Positions 29,467 through 47,407 are shown, counted from the first letter of the stretch. The stretch is DNA of 64,000 bases from Flaccisagitta enflata (GCA_965153355.1 OZ231126.1:11780001-11844000), one strand, 5' to 3'. Notes: generated by a model from the letters alone, not told the origin. Made by a program: numbers and translations.

Positions 29467-29539
29467 TAGTTTACCGGCGGTCGGACTGAGACGCTTTTGA
29501 GACGAATAACTGAGTATCTGCTACTTTGTGTTATCTATA
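29467..29539 (-). repeat. Partial 3' LTR-like direct repeat (73 bp, 1 mismatch to 34050-34122)
   Basis: TAGTTTACCGGCGGTCGGACTGAGACGCTTTTGAG(A/G)CGAATAACTGAGTATCTGCTACTTTGTGTTATCTATA occurs at both sites. Confidence 0.9.
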
Positions 29540-29561
29540 TTGTCATGTTGATTCTATATTG

Positions 29562-32500
29562 TCATGTTGATTTTGCTAGTATCTCTTTCACTGAGAAGGG
29601 CACAACTGAGCGTTCCACGAATTGCTTGGCAATGAACACTGCCATATTGATGTCAGTTGCCCCTTTTCGATTTATTTCAGCCCTTAAGGCATCATTCCTC
29701 AAGCCTCTGAGAAAGTACGATAGGACTGCTTTTTTGTAGCTCTTGGTTTTTCTGAGAGCATTAATTTCATCTGGTGGTATGGTTTCATCATACACTTGTT
29801 GTGCTCTAAAACCATAATCATCCAAGGCCTCATGTGCATGTCTTTCAAGCTTTTCAAGCTCATTGTCATGATGTGCTGTTGTATCACTTGAAATGAAGAA
29901 TGCTACTTTTGTGGCTAATTCATCTGTTGTGATGTCTGGTGTTTCGCTGATGATCTTGAAGATGTGCTTCTGTATATTTGGCTTGTGTTTCTGAAAGCAA
30001 TCAGTAAATAAATTTCTTCTCCTTCTTTCACTTAGTTGGCAGTCAAGTGCCTCTGTTGTTTTGAAGTTAAAGTGAGAGTAGAATTCTCTGAAACTATCAT
30101 ATCTTTTTGGATCATACTCAGGTATCTTTAGAAGCTTAATGTCAAAGTTTAAGTTCTGTAGCTTTTCCTTCTGTTGATCTTCAATTCTTTGTCTTTGTCT
30201 TGTAGCTTCTTTGTCTTTTAAATCAAAAAGACGTTCACTCTTTCTGATCCTTCTGTCATTCATTTGATGTCGACAACAGCATGGACGTCTTCCTTGTTGA
30301 TCATCATCATCATCTCCATCATCATCATCATCATCTTCATGATCATTGGGATCTTCATCTCTGCAACCATTATTTCTGGTGTGAGGATGTGGAAAATTTG
30401 AGCCATGATCATCTCTTTGTCCACGATCATCTCTTCGTCCACTTGGATGATGGTACCTTTCTTCATGGCCATTTCCATTCTGTCTTTCACCCCCCGCAGA
30501 GAATGAAGAATCCTTTTTTGCAGTCACATCACCTTTTTCCAACATGTTCATAAGTCGTTTTTTGGCATCTGCTGCCTCTTGCTCCAATTTTTTGTTGATA
30601 TGATGCTTATTTTCATTTTTAACATCATGTCTTTCAGTTTCTTCCTTTTTGGGGATCTTCATCAAATCTCTCATCATTTGTTCATTGGAGTTTCCCACAT
30701 GATGGCCTGATTTATCAATTGTAGGCATGATATACTTTTCTCTTGCAGCTTTGTCATCATATTTGTCTGCATCTCTGACTTCCCTTGCCATTTGTTCCAT
30801 TGCCTCATGATATGAAAGCAGTGGGTCGGTCTTCTTTTTGTTTGGAATGGGTGGCAATTCCTTTATGCCTTGCAGATTATATTCTGGCAATTGATTATCC
30901 CATGCCATGGATTCTACTCTGGCTTGATCATGTGTTGAGCCAACAGATGACTGGCATGGCGAATTTTGTAATGGTGTTGAGTGCGCACCAGGTGCCTTGA
31001 TTTTCCATTTTGGAGATATGACCACAGGTTTGAACCCTTCTTGCTTCACATTCCTCCTAGGAACAACAAAGTGTCGGTTGTAAATTTCTTTGAAGGATTG
31101 TAGAAAGTCATGAAAGTTTTCTCCCACACATGGGATGTCTTTCAGGAAAGGGTGTTTTTGGCGAGTTGTCTTTTTTTCTTCATCCATTCGGCAAGAAATT
31201 TCAAGTTCTTTGTCCAAGGCTAGAGGTCCACTCCTTGGAAAGCCTCGACGACCTCTCTCTTCTCTTGTCATGTTGTGAACATGATCATTTACTGCACTCA
31301 GAAACAATGTCCTTGGCCCCTCTTGATCATTTGTTAGAAATGGTGTCTCAGGCCTGGTAAAAAGTTCAAATGGCCTGATTGGTTCCCATCCTTGGGCTTT
31401 CTTTGCCATGAAGCAATCACAGCTCTTGCTGTATTTCAAATCCAGATTGGTGGGGAATTCCTTTTCATCAAACATTAGTTTGAATAGTTCCATGTTTCTC
31501 TCCATGTGTCCTTGAATGTCGGTTATGATGGACATCATGGGCAGTCCCAAAGGCAGCTGATTAGGTCCTGAGGGACCCATGTCATAGTTTCCAACTGACC
31601 AGCACATGCCCAGGATTTCATCATGGATTTCAAAGAACTTGTCAAACTCTTTTTTTCTGTTTGAAACCATGTTTTGAAACAGAAGATATTGGATGAACTG
31701 AAATTTCTCTGTTTGGATCATAGGACCATCCGTTTCATAGAGAGCTTCCAGTTTGACAAAAGCATCAACTTTGCTAGTATCAGTAGCAAAATCGTGTGCC
31801 ACTTTGATTTCTTTATCTCCATTCGGCGTTACAATGAAGATTGAAGTTTTGTTGAAAAGTTTAATTTGATCACTTCCAAACAAAGTTTCTCGAGTGTAGG
31901 CCTCCTGAGTTTCCCGATTGTCATTTGCCAAATGAGCTGGAAACTTAGGATAATATCTCTCCGTCTTATGTTGTTCATCAACATTCATTGGATTCAATTT
32001 GTAGGGCTCTTTGTCATTGCAGCACCTTCCTTTTAAGAAGGGTGAGGCATTTTGACATCTGTAACAAAAAGCAACAATACCATGAGGATATTCATCTACA
32101 TTACCTTCAGTTACAACATTTTTCATATCAACATGAGAAGTATTTTTTGTACGATTCGCGCTTTGGTTTCCACCGGCAGATGCACCTGAAATGAAATCAT
32201 TATCAAATCTTAGAGAAGGGGAAGGTACAAGCATCCGTTTGGGACTAGTGTTGTTTTGGTCTGAGACAGGTACAGACGAACCAGTCTTGTTGTGTTCACT
32301 GACAGGTACAGCCAACGGATCTTTTTTGTCAGTGTTTGTCAATGTTTGGTCATCAGTTCTGTCACTAGCTTGAAATCTGACTGTCTCATCATCAATGTCA
32401 CTGTTGAGACTAGTTACTGAGGCAGCTAAATTCAACTGACTACTTCCTGCTTCCCTGTTTGTTTCATTCAGCACGCCATCACCTTCATAACTTTCAATGT

Positions 32501-33110
32501 TTTTACCAGATTGTTCAAGAAAATTAGTCACCTTGACTACACTAGGAAAAATTCGAGTAGAGTCAAAAATGATCTCATCGTAAGGCTTCCTGATTTCGTT
32601 ATCATTATAAGTATCAGGAAAGCTATCATAGGTGACCCTTGGATACATTCCATATCCCTTTGCTCGTTTGAGAGGAAAATCCCAAGATACGTCATATGTG
32701 AATTGTTTCTCTGTACCCATTTTTTCGAGCAATTCTTCTCTTTCATGTCTTAATGCGTCAAAAGTAATGTCACATGTGCATTGTTTGTTGTTGTTCTTTT
32801 CGCATGTTCGGCAAGGACGCAGGCAGTCGATTATTTTTTGAAATCCGTAAATTTTGTAAACCACATTTTTTGCAAACTTGGGTTTGAAAGGAATTCGCAT
32901 TGTCGCAACTGCTGAAGCTAGTTCTCCTACCTCACTGCAGGCAAAGTTCAGAACCGGGTCGAAACCTTCTTCTCCTCCAACCTTTATGTACTTCGCCTTT
33001 GGAGCGGAGGAACGAAAACCGACTTCCGGTACGGTCGTAAACCGCCTGTTGTCAAGATCCTTCCCTTGCCACCAATTTTGGCGCCATTTTTCTCTCGTGT
33101 ATGTCGCCAT
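29562..33110 (-). CDS. 1182-aa intronless protein with a C-terminal Ty3/gypsy-like Gag capsid domain and a long uncharacterised N-terminus
   Basis: Uninterrupted ORF. The C-terminal LKIPEYDP..SFREFYSHF, LERHAHEALDDYGFRAQQV (MHR-like) and YFLRGLRNDALRAEI..KGATDINMAVFIA follow the retrotransposon capsid pattern. No zinc knuckle or pol follows. Confidence 0.85.
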   Translation of the reverse strand: MATYTREKWRQNWWQGKDLDNRRFTTVPEVGFRSSAPKAKYIKVGGEEGFDPVLNFACSEVGELASAVATMRIPFKPKFAKNVVYKIYGFQKIIDCLRPCRTCEKNNNKQCTCDITFDALRHEREELLEKMGTEKQFTYDVSWDFPLKRAKGYGMYPRVTYDSFPDTYNDNEIRKPYDEIIFDSTRIFPSVVKVTNFLEQSGKNIESYEGDGVLNETNREAGSSQLNLAASVTSLNSDIDDETVRFQASDRTDDQTLTNTDKKDPLAVPVSEHNKTGSSVPVSDQNNTSPKRMLVPSPSLRFDNDFISGASAGGNQSANRTKNTSHVDMKNVVTEGNVDEYPHGIVAFCYRCQNASPFLKGRCCNDKEPYKLNPMNVDEQHKTERYYPKFPAHLANDNRETQEAYTRETLFGSDQIKLFNKTSIFIVTPNGDKEIKVAHDFATDTSKVDAFVKLEALYETDGPMIQTEKFQFIQYLLFQNMVSNRKKEFDKFFEIHDEILGMCWSVGNYDMGPSGPNQLPLGLPMMSIITDIQGHMERNMELFKLMFDEKEFPTNLDLKYSKSCDCFMAKKAQGWEPIRPFELFTRPETPFLTNDQEGPRTLFLSAVNDHVHNMTREERGRRGFPRSGPLALDKELEISCRMDEEKKTTRQKHPFLKDIPCVGENFHDFLQSFKEIYNRHFVVPRRNVKQEGFKPVVISPKWKIKAPGAHSTPLQNSPCQSSVGSTHDQARVESMAWDNQLPEYNLQGIKELPPIPNKKKTDPLLSYHEAMEQMAREVRDADKYDDKAAREKYIMPTIDKSGHHVGNSNEQMMRDLMKIPKKEETERHDVKNENKHHINKKLEQEAADAKKRLMNMLEKGDVTAKKDSSFSAGGERQNGNGHEERYHHPSGRRDDRGQRDDHGSNFPHPHTRNNGCRDEDPNDHEDDDDDDGDDDDDQQGRRPCCCRHQMNDRRIRKSERLFDLKDKEATRQRQRIEDQQKEKLQNLNFDIKLLKIPEYDPKRYDSFREFYSHFNFKTTEALDCQLSERRRRNLFTDCFQKHKPNIQKHIFKIISETPDITTDELATKVAFFISSDTTAHHDNELEKLERHAHEALDDYGFRAQQVYDETIPPDEINALRKTKSYKKAVLSYFLRGLRNDALRAEINRKGATDINMAVFIAKQFVERSVVPFSVKEILAKST

Positions 33111-34029
33111 TTCGTTGCGTGACCCGACGATGGCCCGATGACGTAAAGGCGGAACTGTTTTTACTTCCTCTCAACAGGACGTCTGTTTATTCCGAGTTTT
33201 AAGCAAGATGCAGGCAAGTGAGCGTTGATTAATGAGCAGTTATGTAATAAGCGTGTATTTCGCGCAGTGTATATCAGAACGCAAACTGGTTATGATGATT
33301 TTGTGATGCTAGTGGATGATGTTGGATGATAAATATTTCGATGATTAATCCAATGTGCGAAGTGATTGTAAAGTGAAGATAATAAGCTGATATTATTTCG
33401 TCTTTGAAGATGAACATTATTTCTTTTTATTCACACGGAAATGGTTATTACTGAAAGATGAGCAGAATTTCTTTTGATTTTCTTGTTTGTCGGCGAAAGC
33501 CGCCATAAATGGCGTATGAAAACGTGCGTCTATTATGCGTGTCCCCATAAAATTGCGAGTCACAGTCCCATTCATGCAGGGAACACTCTTTTTTTTGCTA
33601 AGCCTGAACACTCTCTCTCGTGATATTTCTTTTTCTTCTCTTCAGTAAGCACGCACTTTCATACGATCTTGATAGTGTGAAAATCGTTTTTACTATTTTT
33701 AGCATCAATATTTCTTTTTTCTCTTCATTTTTGAATTGAAAGATGAACCGATTCAGGAAGAAGGGAAAAAACGAGTTAACCCTCTTTTTTGGAAAAAAGT
33801 CGATCAGGTAGTTATTTTTTCTCTTATTTTTTTCGAAAGAATTTCGATAGAACGGCGCAAAAAAGAGGATTGAGTCAGTCAAACTTTTATGTGAAGATTA
33901 GAATTAATGCAGATGTTGATGTTGACAAGTCAGCTTACATTCCGCCCCTTAAAAACATTTTCACGTAACCCGACGCAGATAAATGCAGAACAGTAGGTAG
34001 CGTGTTGAGTTAGCACCAGCTTAAGTCGA

Positions 34030-34047
34030 AAATGGCCGCTGACGCCA
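34030..34047 (-). promoter_or_regulatory. Putative tRNA primer-binding site
   Basis: TGGCGTCAGCGGCCATT immediately follows the LTR-like ...ACTACA end. The cognate tRNA was not identified. Confidence 0.5.
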
Positions 34048-34389
34048 TGTAGTTTACCGGCGGTCGGACTGAGACGCTTTTGAGGCGAATAACTGAGTAT
34101 CTGCTACTTTGTGTTATCTATACTGATCTTATTATCTATTTGTATCATTATCATGATTATTAACATTTGTTATTGACTTTTAAAACGGATTTTAGGAGAG
34201 AGAGAAAAGATTTCTATTGAATGGGTTGATGATGAAAACGCGACTGAAAAAGTAAAACAGGATATCAAAATCAATGGGCTAAAGAGCACTCATGTTTGAA
34301 TGGTGCTTAGAGGCTACTAAGGTTGCACGATCTTATCCCATTCACTTCTTTGTTATTGTCGTTTCCAAGAATTTACGATAGTTTTTCTC

Positions 34390-34655
34390 TGATGGAACTC
34401 GGGAAAGGTCTGATAGAGCTCGGGAGAGTCCTGATAGAGCTCGGGATAGGTCTGATAGAGCTAGGAATGGTCTGATAGAGCTAGGGATAGGTCTGATGGA
34501 GCTAGGGATAGCTGTGGATTAATAACGCCCGGCGGGATAGGTCTGATAGAGCTAGGAATGGTCTGATAGAGCTAGGGATAGGTCTGATTGAGCTAGGGAT
34601 AGCTATGAATTAATAACGCTCGGCGCACCGTCTTGGCCCGTGTACCCGGCCTTGT
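34390..34655 (+). mobile_element. Non-autonomous element with a 20-bp tandem core (GGGATAGGTCTGATAGAGCT)
   Basis: About 10 units, ending in the GGCCCGTGTACCCGGCCTTGTT tail. The same core is at 45720-45930. Confidence 0.75.
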
Positions 34656-35070
34656 TTTCATGCTATGTCCCAACCCAACTATAACTTCAAAACTTACTCC
34701 CAAACCCATTGGTCCATGTTTAGACCCTGGACCTACGGCACAGAATTTATCCCTACCTTCAGTATCGCCTCCTCGATCTTCCTACACGCTTGCTTCTTTT
34801 TCTTTCTTTTCCATGTTAGGATCCAACTTACAACCTCTTTACGATACCAAACACTATGTATACATAAACCCATTCACACTTTTATCATATTTCTTTCGAA
34901 ACCGCTTAAAAAAACTTGGTTGTACCGTAGTTACACAAGTTCTATCTATTGATGATATACCAAATTGAGTTTACCCGTTGTTGATTTGTGCTGGCCGGTT
35001 AAGCAAATTTCTGGCCTCTTGGAATGCTGAAATGATCTTTGAAGATCTGCAATGCAGATGCCTTACGTCG

Positions 35071-36990
35071 CAGTGTTGACAGTCAAAAAACAATTTTTTC
35101 ATCAAGTTTTTAGGTGTAAAACACACTCAAATCATTTCCGTTTTGTTCCCTCCATCCTTTACACCAGTGGGGGAATAGCTAAGGTACCTATCGACATGCT
35201 TGAATCGATTCTTAGTCCAGAAACAAGAAGGGAATAGCAAAAATCTATTTGGGAAATTCCACCAAAGGGAGAATCTAGCGTTGCGACATTTTCCTACCTT
35301 TTGAGTGTGATATCATACTTTCTTTGTATGATACAGACCCAAAGACTGAATGACCGGTCATGGGTGGTGCCATTGACCTACGGTACGACTTCTTACGTTG
35401 GCTGGTATTTACTCCCAGCCAAAAAGCAAAAATCCCTAAAAATATGTACCTCCCCCTGGTTGCGAAGCCAATTTGCATATTCAGAGAAGTCAGGGAATTT
35501 TGATGTATTGTATTATCATAAGTCACTCAAACACAAAACCGCCATTTAATCTTCGTCAGTTGGAACCCTGACCATCATTAGGTCTCAAAAATTTACCCTC
35601 CAGAAAGTTTTTTTCTGCTTATTTTGACCTTACTACAGAAAAAAAATCAAGAGTGAGAGTTTTTGAAAATATTATTTCTTGGACGTGAAAGTCTAAGACT
35701 GCCTCCACGAGTCAAATTTTGCATTTCCAAGAACATGGCTGTGATCTCTAGTGAATGTAGAACAGGGCCATGTGTTTATTTTTTTGATTTTGTGCGTTTC
35801 TATGCAAACTTAGACTTTCACGCGAGAACACTCAGACAGAATTTTGCAGATTTTGTTTTCTAGTCAGGGAACTTAAGGAAGTGTAGAGTCAAAATTGCCG
35901 AAAAACTCTGGAATTTCATTATTCTGACATATTTTTCCGTGCTGAACACAAATTTGACCTCCATTTTGAAATATTTTTTTGGCCCCCCCTTGAAAAATCC
36001 ATTTTTTTGCAATTTTATGGGTAAAAATGCATTTTTTTGGCTCTTTGAAGTACACTATCGTCACCTGGTTGCTTTTTTTAATAAAGCCTAACAAGAACTG
36101 AAGTGAATATACAGTTTACAAGAACTTTGCAGCTATACAGGGACTGTGTATTGCCAATAACAGGCCAAAAATGACCCAAAACAGCCAAAAACAGCATTTT
36201 TTTTCAAAAATATCAGTGTTATTTAAAAATTTTTTGCCAATCACTCCCAATTAGGTCAGAACTAGGACAAATACACTTATTGAGAGCTTAGGACACTGCT
36301 ATGAGGATCATAATAGGCAAAAACCAGGCCATAAATAGCTTCAAATGGCCAAATTCAGCATTTTCTTTGAATAGATCATTGATATTCAATTTTTTTTCGC
36401 AATTCTCACTTAAACCTGTCAAGACTAGGTCAAATATACTCAATAAGAGCTTTGGACATTGATACAGGAGTCACACCAGGCCAAAAACAAGCCAAAAATA
36501 GCCTAAGATAGCTAAAATTGGCATTTTCCTCAAGAAATTCATTATTATCGATAATTTTTTTGCCAATCTCACTCTATCCAGTCAGAACTAGGTCAGATAT
36601 ACTCATTGAGTGCTTTGAAAACTGATACCGTGACCAAAACAGGCAAAAAATGGTTTAAAATAATCAAAATTAACATTTTTATTCAAAAAAATTATAGTTA
36701 TTAAGAATTTTTTTACAAATCTCACTCACTAGGTCAAACATACTTATTTGGAAACTGTTATCGGGGCTATAACAGGTTGAAATAGCCTAAAATAGTCAAA
36801 ATTAAAACTCATGCGTGGTATTCCTTTGTAAATCTCACTATATCCAGTCAGAACTAGGACAAATAAACTTTAGACACTGATACCGGGGTCATGATAGACC
36901 AAAAACAGGCCAAAAATGGGCTAAAATGACAAAATTGACATTGTTATCAATCAAATCATTGTTATTAAAATTTTCAAGCCAATCAGCCGT
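35071..36990 (+). mobile_element. DNA transposon-derived segment: CAGTGTTGAC terminus and a degenerate ~180-bp internal tandem array (36160-36980)
   Basis: Terminus shared with 1-289; GTCAGAACTAGG(A/T)CAAATA recurs. The right end was not found. Confidence 0.55.
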
Positions 36991-37018
36991 TAAGCTCCCT
37001 GACTATTCGGAAAAAAAC

Positions 37019-37137
<119 letters not shown>

Positions 37138-37616
37138 CGGAGACGGTAAAAGAGCTAGGAGGAGATAGAGGCTGGCAGAGATACCGACAGACAAAAAAAC
37201 GGAGACAGGCTGGCAGAAAAACAGACACAAACTGACGGAGATAGACAAATGGAGAGAGACAATAGGAGACAGACAGAGGGAGACAGTCGGACTGACATAG
37301 CAGTGTAGTGTTTTGGTCTAGCTTCTGTTAAGACTTACGCCAGATGAGGATGGTGAATCTGAGTGAATGGGGATCAAATGAAAGTTGAGGTAAACCTAGT
37401 CAAGATCCTGCTTCGTAGTAGTCATTACGAATGAATGTAGCGGGGGCCCAGAACGTTACCAAAATGTACAATTATGGACATTTGTGCATACATTGAAAGA
37501 AAAACGGACAGAGAGACCACTAGATAGACAAATAGAAATGTTGCCTCTTATCCTAATTTGCATGACGCTGGAAATGTTTTTCGCGAAACAAATACGGAAG
37601 ATAAATGAAAATAGGA

Positions 37617-38062
37617 ACAAGGCCTGATACACAGCCACCAGTTGCGGACGGGTGGGCAGGGGCGGAAATGCAACTCATGCTGACGGACGGACCAACGGAC
37701 CAACGGACCAACGGACCGACGGACAAAGCCTCTTATAGAGTAACGTGTCTCCATTCTTCAAATACTTTTTTAATTTAAGAACATCCAGGCTGAGTTGAAC
37801 AAGGCCGGATACACGGCCAATCCGTAGTCGCTGCTGGTGGGCAGGGGCAGTGATGTGAGTGGGCAGGGGCAGTATATGAGTGGGCGGGGGCTGTATTGAC
37901 ACCAGGCAGGGGCTGTTATGGTCAGAAATCCGTTTTTCAGTCGATTTCGCGTCATTAAAATTTTCGCGTTACGGACACTCAGACATTCAGACAGACATTC
38001 AGACAGACATTCAGACCAAGGGACACACCCTCTTATAGAGTCGCTTAGGCAGCGACTAAAAA
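37617..38062 (-). mobile_element. Two adjacent HINE/DINE-1-like (Helentron-associated) non-autonomous elements
   Basis: ACAAGGCC(G/T)GATACAC start, (GGAC/CAGA)n core and TATAGAGTCGCTTAGGCAGCGACTAAAAA hairpin end. Confidence 0.65.
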
Positions 38063-41040
38063 TGTTGTCTCTTATAAAAAAAAAAAGTGTATCGCGCTGA
38101 TGACGCATAGAGTTGCCCGCCCGGGCTCGTTTTTTCTACTCTTATGACCAATGTCAATTGAGGAAAGTTTTTTGATGTTCTTAGAACATAATTTTGAAAA
38201 TTTTGATATACTATCTTCACAATTAAAATCTTTCCGCACATTTTGATGTATATCTCTGGTTATATATCACCAATCCTTAGAAAATTGGTGACAAAACTAA
38301 AGCTCTTGGAATTTGCATGCTATCCACGCAAACGGCATCTATTTAACTCAATGCGTTTGAAAGTTATTCAACTTAAAATGAAATGTTTCAATTTCTGTTT
38401 TGCCATTCCTTAAAAACCTCAAGCTGTATCACTTCACTCTTTTTTGAATTACATTTAAACAAGTTGAGCTAGACGTATGCAGTTTGCGTAGTCTGCTAGA
38501 AAATTTGTAGGGCATCAGTTTTGTCACCTATTTTTTGATGATTCGTTGAGTCTTGATAGAGCTATAGATTTAAACATAGCAAATCAGGGGGTCAAGAAAA
38601 TGATGGGAATGGTTTGGAACGTCATGACTCCAAAGTACCTCAAGAAGCTCTAAAAGTCATTACCCAGATGAATGGCGGCTGTGATTTAGTTGAACGATGC
38701 TCAAACTTGATATTGATTGATGTGTGATCAACTGGTATTCCTTAACTATTCAAAAAATGAATTTTTTTCAAGGTGGAAAGATTTTTATTGTGAAGATAGT
38801 AGCATTGCAGGAACTTATAAACCATAGGCCAAAATTCCTTAAGGGGTCTGTTGGTGATGCCTGTAAAATGTTCATGACCCTGGGAGGCATTTTTGGGTGT
38901 TATATATTAATTCATTTAAGGGCTGTCAACCAAAAATTACAAAATTTGCCAATTTTAAACCCTTTTTCACTCAACAAGCTTTCTAAAAGTTGATTCATAG
39001 CCCTGACACTTGGCATGCACATCAAATGGACTCTAAATAAGTTGTATAGAAAAAAAAATCAATGTGTGATAATTTTTAGGTATCTAAATTAAGAAAAAAA
39101 CATGTTTTTTTTTTTGTAATATTTATGAAAAATGCTGTTATTACCCCTCTTAAAGTAGACCAATTTTAACTGGAGGTACTTCACATCAAGTACTACCTCC
39201 ATGTCAAATTTCATCAAAATGGGAGCGCTTAAAACACAAAAAAATGTTTTTGAAGTTGGCCTTAATTTAACAATTTTTTTAAATTTCATTTTTTTATATA
39301 GCGCCTAAACGAAAAAAGATTTTGCATTGATTTTTTATTTTTTAACAGCCCATAAACTATTTTAAAGAATAGTAAAAAAAATTTCATGAATATACAAACT
39401 TCATTTTCATCACCCTTTGACTGGTCAAATTTCGTCTTCGTTTGCACTGTGACTTACGTGATCGTCTTTTCATTGAGTTATCAATCTGAAAAAAAAAGAA
39501 AAGATAACTTTTTTGTCCTTATATTTGTCAGATGATCTGATGTTATCATGCTTCTTTTAGAATGCATTTTTCCACCAAATTCAAAGAATCGTCATGACAC
39601 TTATGCTTCATCGCCAAAGACATTTACTTTTACGTATTAAATCCTGTTGTGCCGGACTTGATTTCTTTGTTGTTTTCTTTTATCAAAAAAAAAAACTGTA
39701 AACAAAGACAGGTTGTAAGCCCAAAACGTTTGGGTGAGAAAATGTAAATAAAGTTAGTGTATCTACCTGAACTTGGTGAGGGCAAAGCGTGCGCCGTGTG
39801 GCCTTTTTACCCATCAGCAAACTGGCGAAATAGACAGTGAGATTAGTAGCGGCCTAGCGGGCATGCGGAATATATATATCGTTAGTTTTGAGTCGCGGAC
39901 ACGCGACTCTACACTTTGCCGTGTCGGTTCGTCCGTCCCTCCGTCACCTTGTTGATTTGCTGGCGGTTTTTGCATTATTGCCCCTGCCCAACCGCGACGT
40001 GACGCGAAGCTGCTGCCGTGTATCCGGCCTCGTTACTTTGAGGAAGACGACTATCGATCGTTGCTTTATTACATATTTACACTCATTGAACCCCGCAATA
40101 ACGGAAGAAAAGAGACCAACCAATTTGGTCTGTTATCGGCGGACTTCCACTATTAATGAATGCTAAATGGCAATAAAAGTAATAACCAGTCACCCCAGGA
40201 TTGTACTTGGTCAGCGGCATCCAACGGACACCCTCCGTTGACCTGCTTGGAGTGGTTAGCTAAGGACTTTAGATCAAAGCAAAGCAGGGCCCCAAAGGGC
40301 ATATGTCATGTGGTTGTAGTACACGGGGGGGGGGGGGGACTTTTTGGTCAGCTAAGAATATCACTTACAACTGATGACATCTGTTTGTCCCCTTAAGTCC
40401 GTTCGAGCGGAATTTAACTATCATCAATTCATCATCAAAACTGTATGAAAAGTGGAACAATTTCCCTCACTATACCCAAACTGAAATAAATGGAAGGGGG
40501 CCTTGTGAAGTGAACCCTCATTGACTAGTTAATACGCGCACCACTCCCATACTAGAATTCAAATATCGCCGCGATTCCTACTTTCGATTTTGTCTCCATA
40601 ACAACTTCATATGCTTAATTATAAGGAATCTATTTGCTTAAACATTGAAGACCCATGAAAAAGCAAAGGGGGAAGTTGTTAACTTGTTGTCCCTTTCATG
40701 AGAAATCGTTTTTGACTTTCCGCTTGAGCTTTAGAAATAAAAATCAAAACATTAACTTATTCTGAAATTATTGAAAGATGCAGGGTAATAACCCCCTTTT
40801 AGGCTCTCTCAGCGGCACTCATTTTTACACATGTAGTTTTCCATAAAACAGAATCTGAAAAACACTCCCTCTCAATCCAACCCAAACGCGAACTGCTAAC
40901 CAAAAGTAGTGTGTATGAAGTGATATAACGGTTCACGCCACGGTCGCTCCGTTTAGAAGAACAAATCCCAGTCATTGTGGTTGTCAAGATTGGAAGGTTG
41001 ATTCGGCACTATTTTCACATTTATTAAAGCTGGGTTTTGA

Positions 41041-41202
41041 ACAAGGCCGTATACACGGCAGCATCAGTCGCGGACGGGTGGGCAGGATCAGGAGCGGAAA
41101 ACCTCAAAAAAGAACTTTGTGACCGACCGACAGACCAACCGACCGACCGACGGACCGACGGACCGAAAAGTGGCTTTTAGTGTCGCGTGTCCGCGACTAA
41201 AA
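41041..41202 (-). mobile_element. HINE/DINE-1-like element
   Basis: ACAAGGCCGTATACACGGC...(CCGA)n...GTCGCGTGTCCGCGACTAAAAA. Related copies lie at 39885-40035, 52555-52756, 55110-55355, 55825-56075, 56505-56712 and 59805-60015. Confidence 0.65.
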
Positions 41203-42035
41203 ACCGAATAAAAGTTCATCCGTTTTCCGAAGCGGGCAGCTAGAACTAGAAGCCAGAAGGCGGAAAACTTTAACGTTGATGTCAACAACTCGTTTACTGT
41301 GTCACAGTGTTGGGGACAAACGGACTGGGAGTCCGACCAACGGACGACAAGGCTGATCAACGGATAGACCAACGAAAAGAAGTGACTTAAGTAGTCGCAT
41401 TTAGCTTAATACTAAATGAGGGCGCCTCTCAACTTTTGGGTCACGTCATGATCATTTCTCAAACAATCACAGTGCGAAAGAATCAATTGATATTGTCAAC
41501 ATCTTTCCTACGTCATGAAATTACGAGAAGGAAAATAGGAAAAAGACTATTTCAACAACGGTAACAATTTTTTGAATAACCGGTTTTTGCATTATAACCC
41601 CTGCCTCTCCGCAGGTTGTTCTATTAGATATGTGCTTGGATTACCAACCTCTCACAATGATGCGCTGTCATGTTCGTTTACAATGAATATGTATTCAAAC
41701 CGCAAAAAGTGAGGGTAATGTTATTGAGGCATGAAGCTATTTCGCAGGAGCACCGGTTACATATATAAACATTAACCAGCTCCCTGTACGTACCTACCTA
41801 GACTTACTTAGTCGCCTGCGGATGGGCAGATGTAGTGATGATATATGCGAATCAAGCATTTGGATATATTTAACGATATGTTCACAACCCTTAACAGCCA
41901 AATGATCTGCTTTGGTTGCTACACTTCATATCATACATCTGAGATCGACCGACAGACGGACACAGCCTATTACAGAGATGCGAGGACGCATCTCAAAATC
42001 ACCCACGTCTCTGTCTTAAGTATTGCCATTGGATC

Positions 42036-47407
<5,372 letters not shown>

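Larger units (their letters stand above)
29467..34165 (-). mobile_element. Gag-only (pol-less) LTR retroelement
   Basis: On the - strand: candidate 5' LTR TGTTAATA...AAACTACA (34165-34048), PBS-like TGGCGTCAGCGG, ~0.9-kb leader, gag ORF, partial LTR. No target-site duplication found; the outer LTR end is tentative. Confidence 0.7.

Noticed and set aside
38085-39451. AT-rich segment ending CACTGTG, possibly another CAC-type DNA transposon
   Set aside because: No matching left terminus or TSD found.
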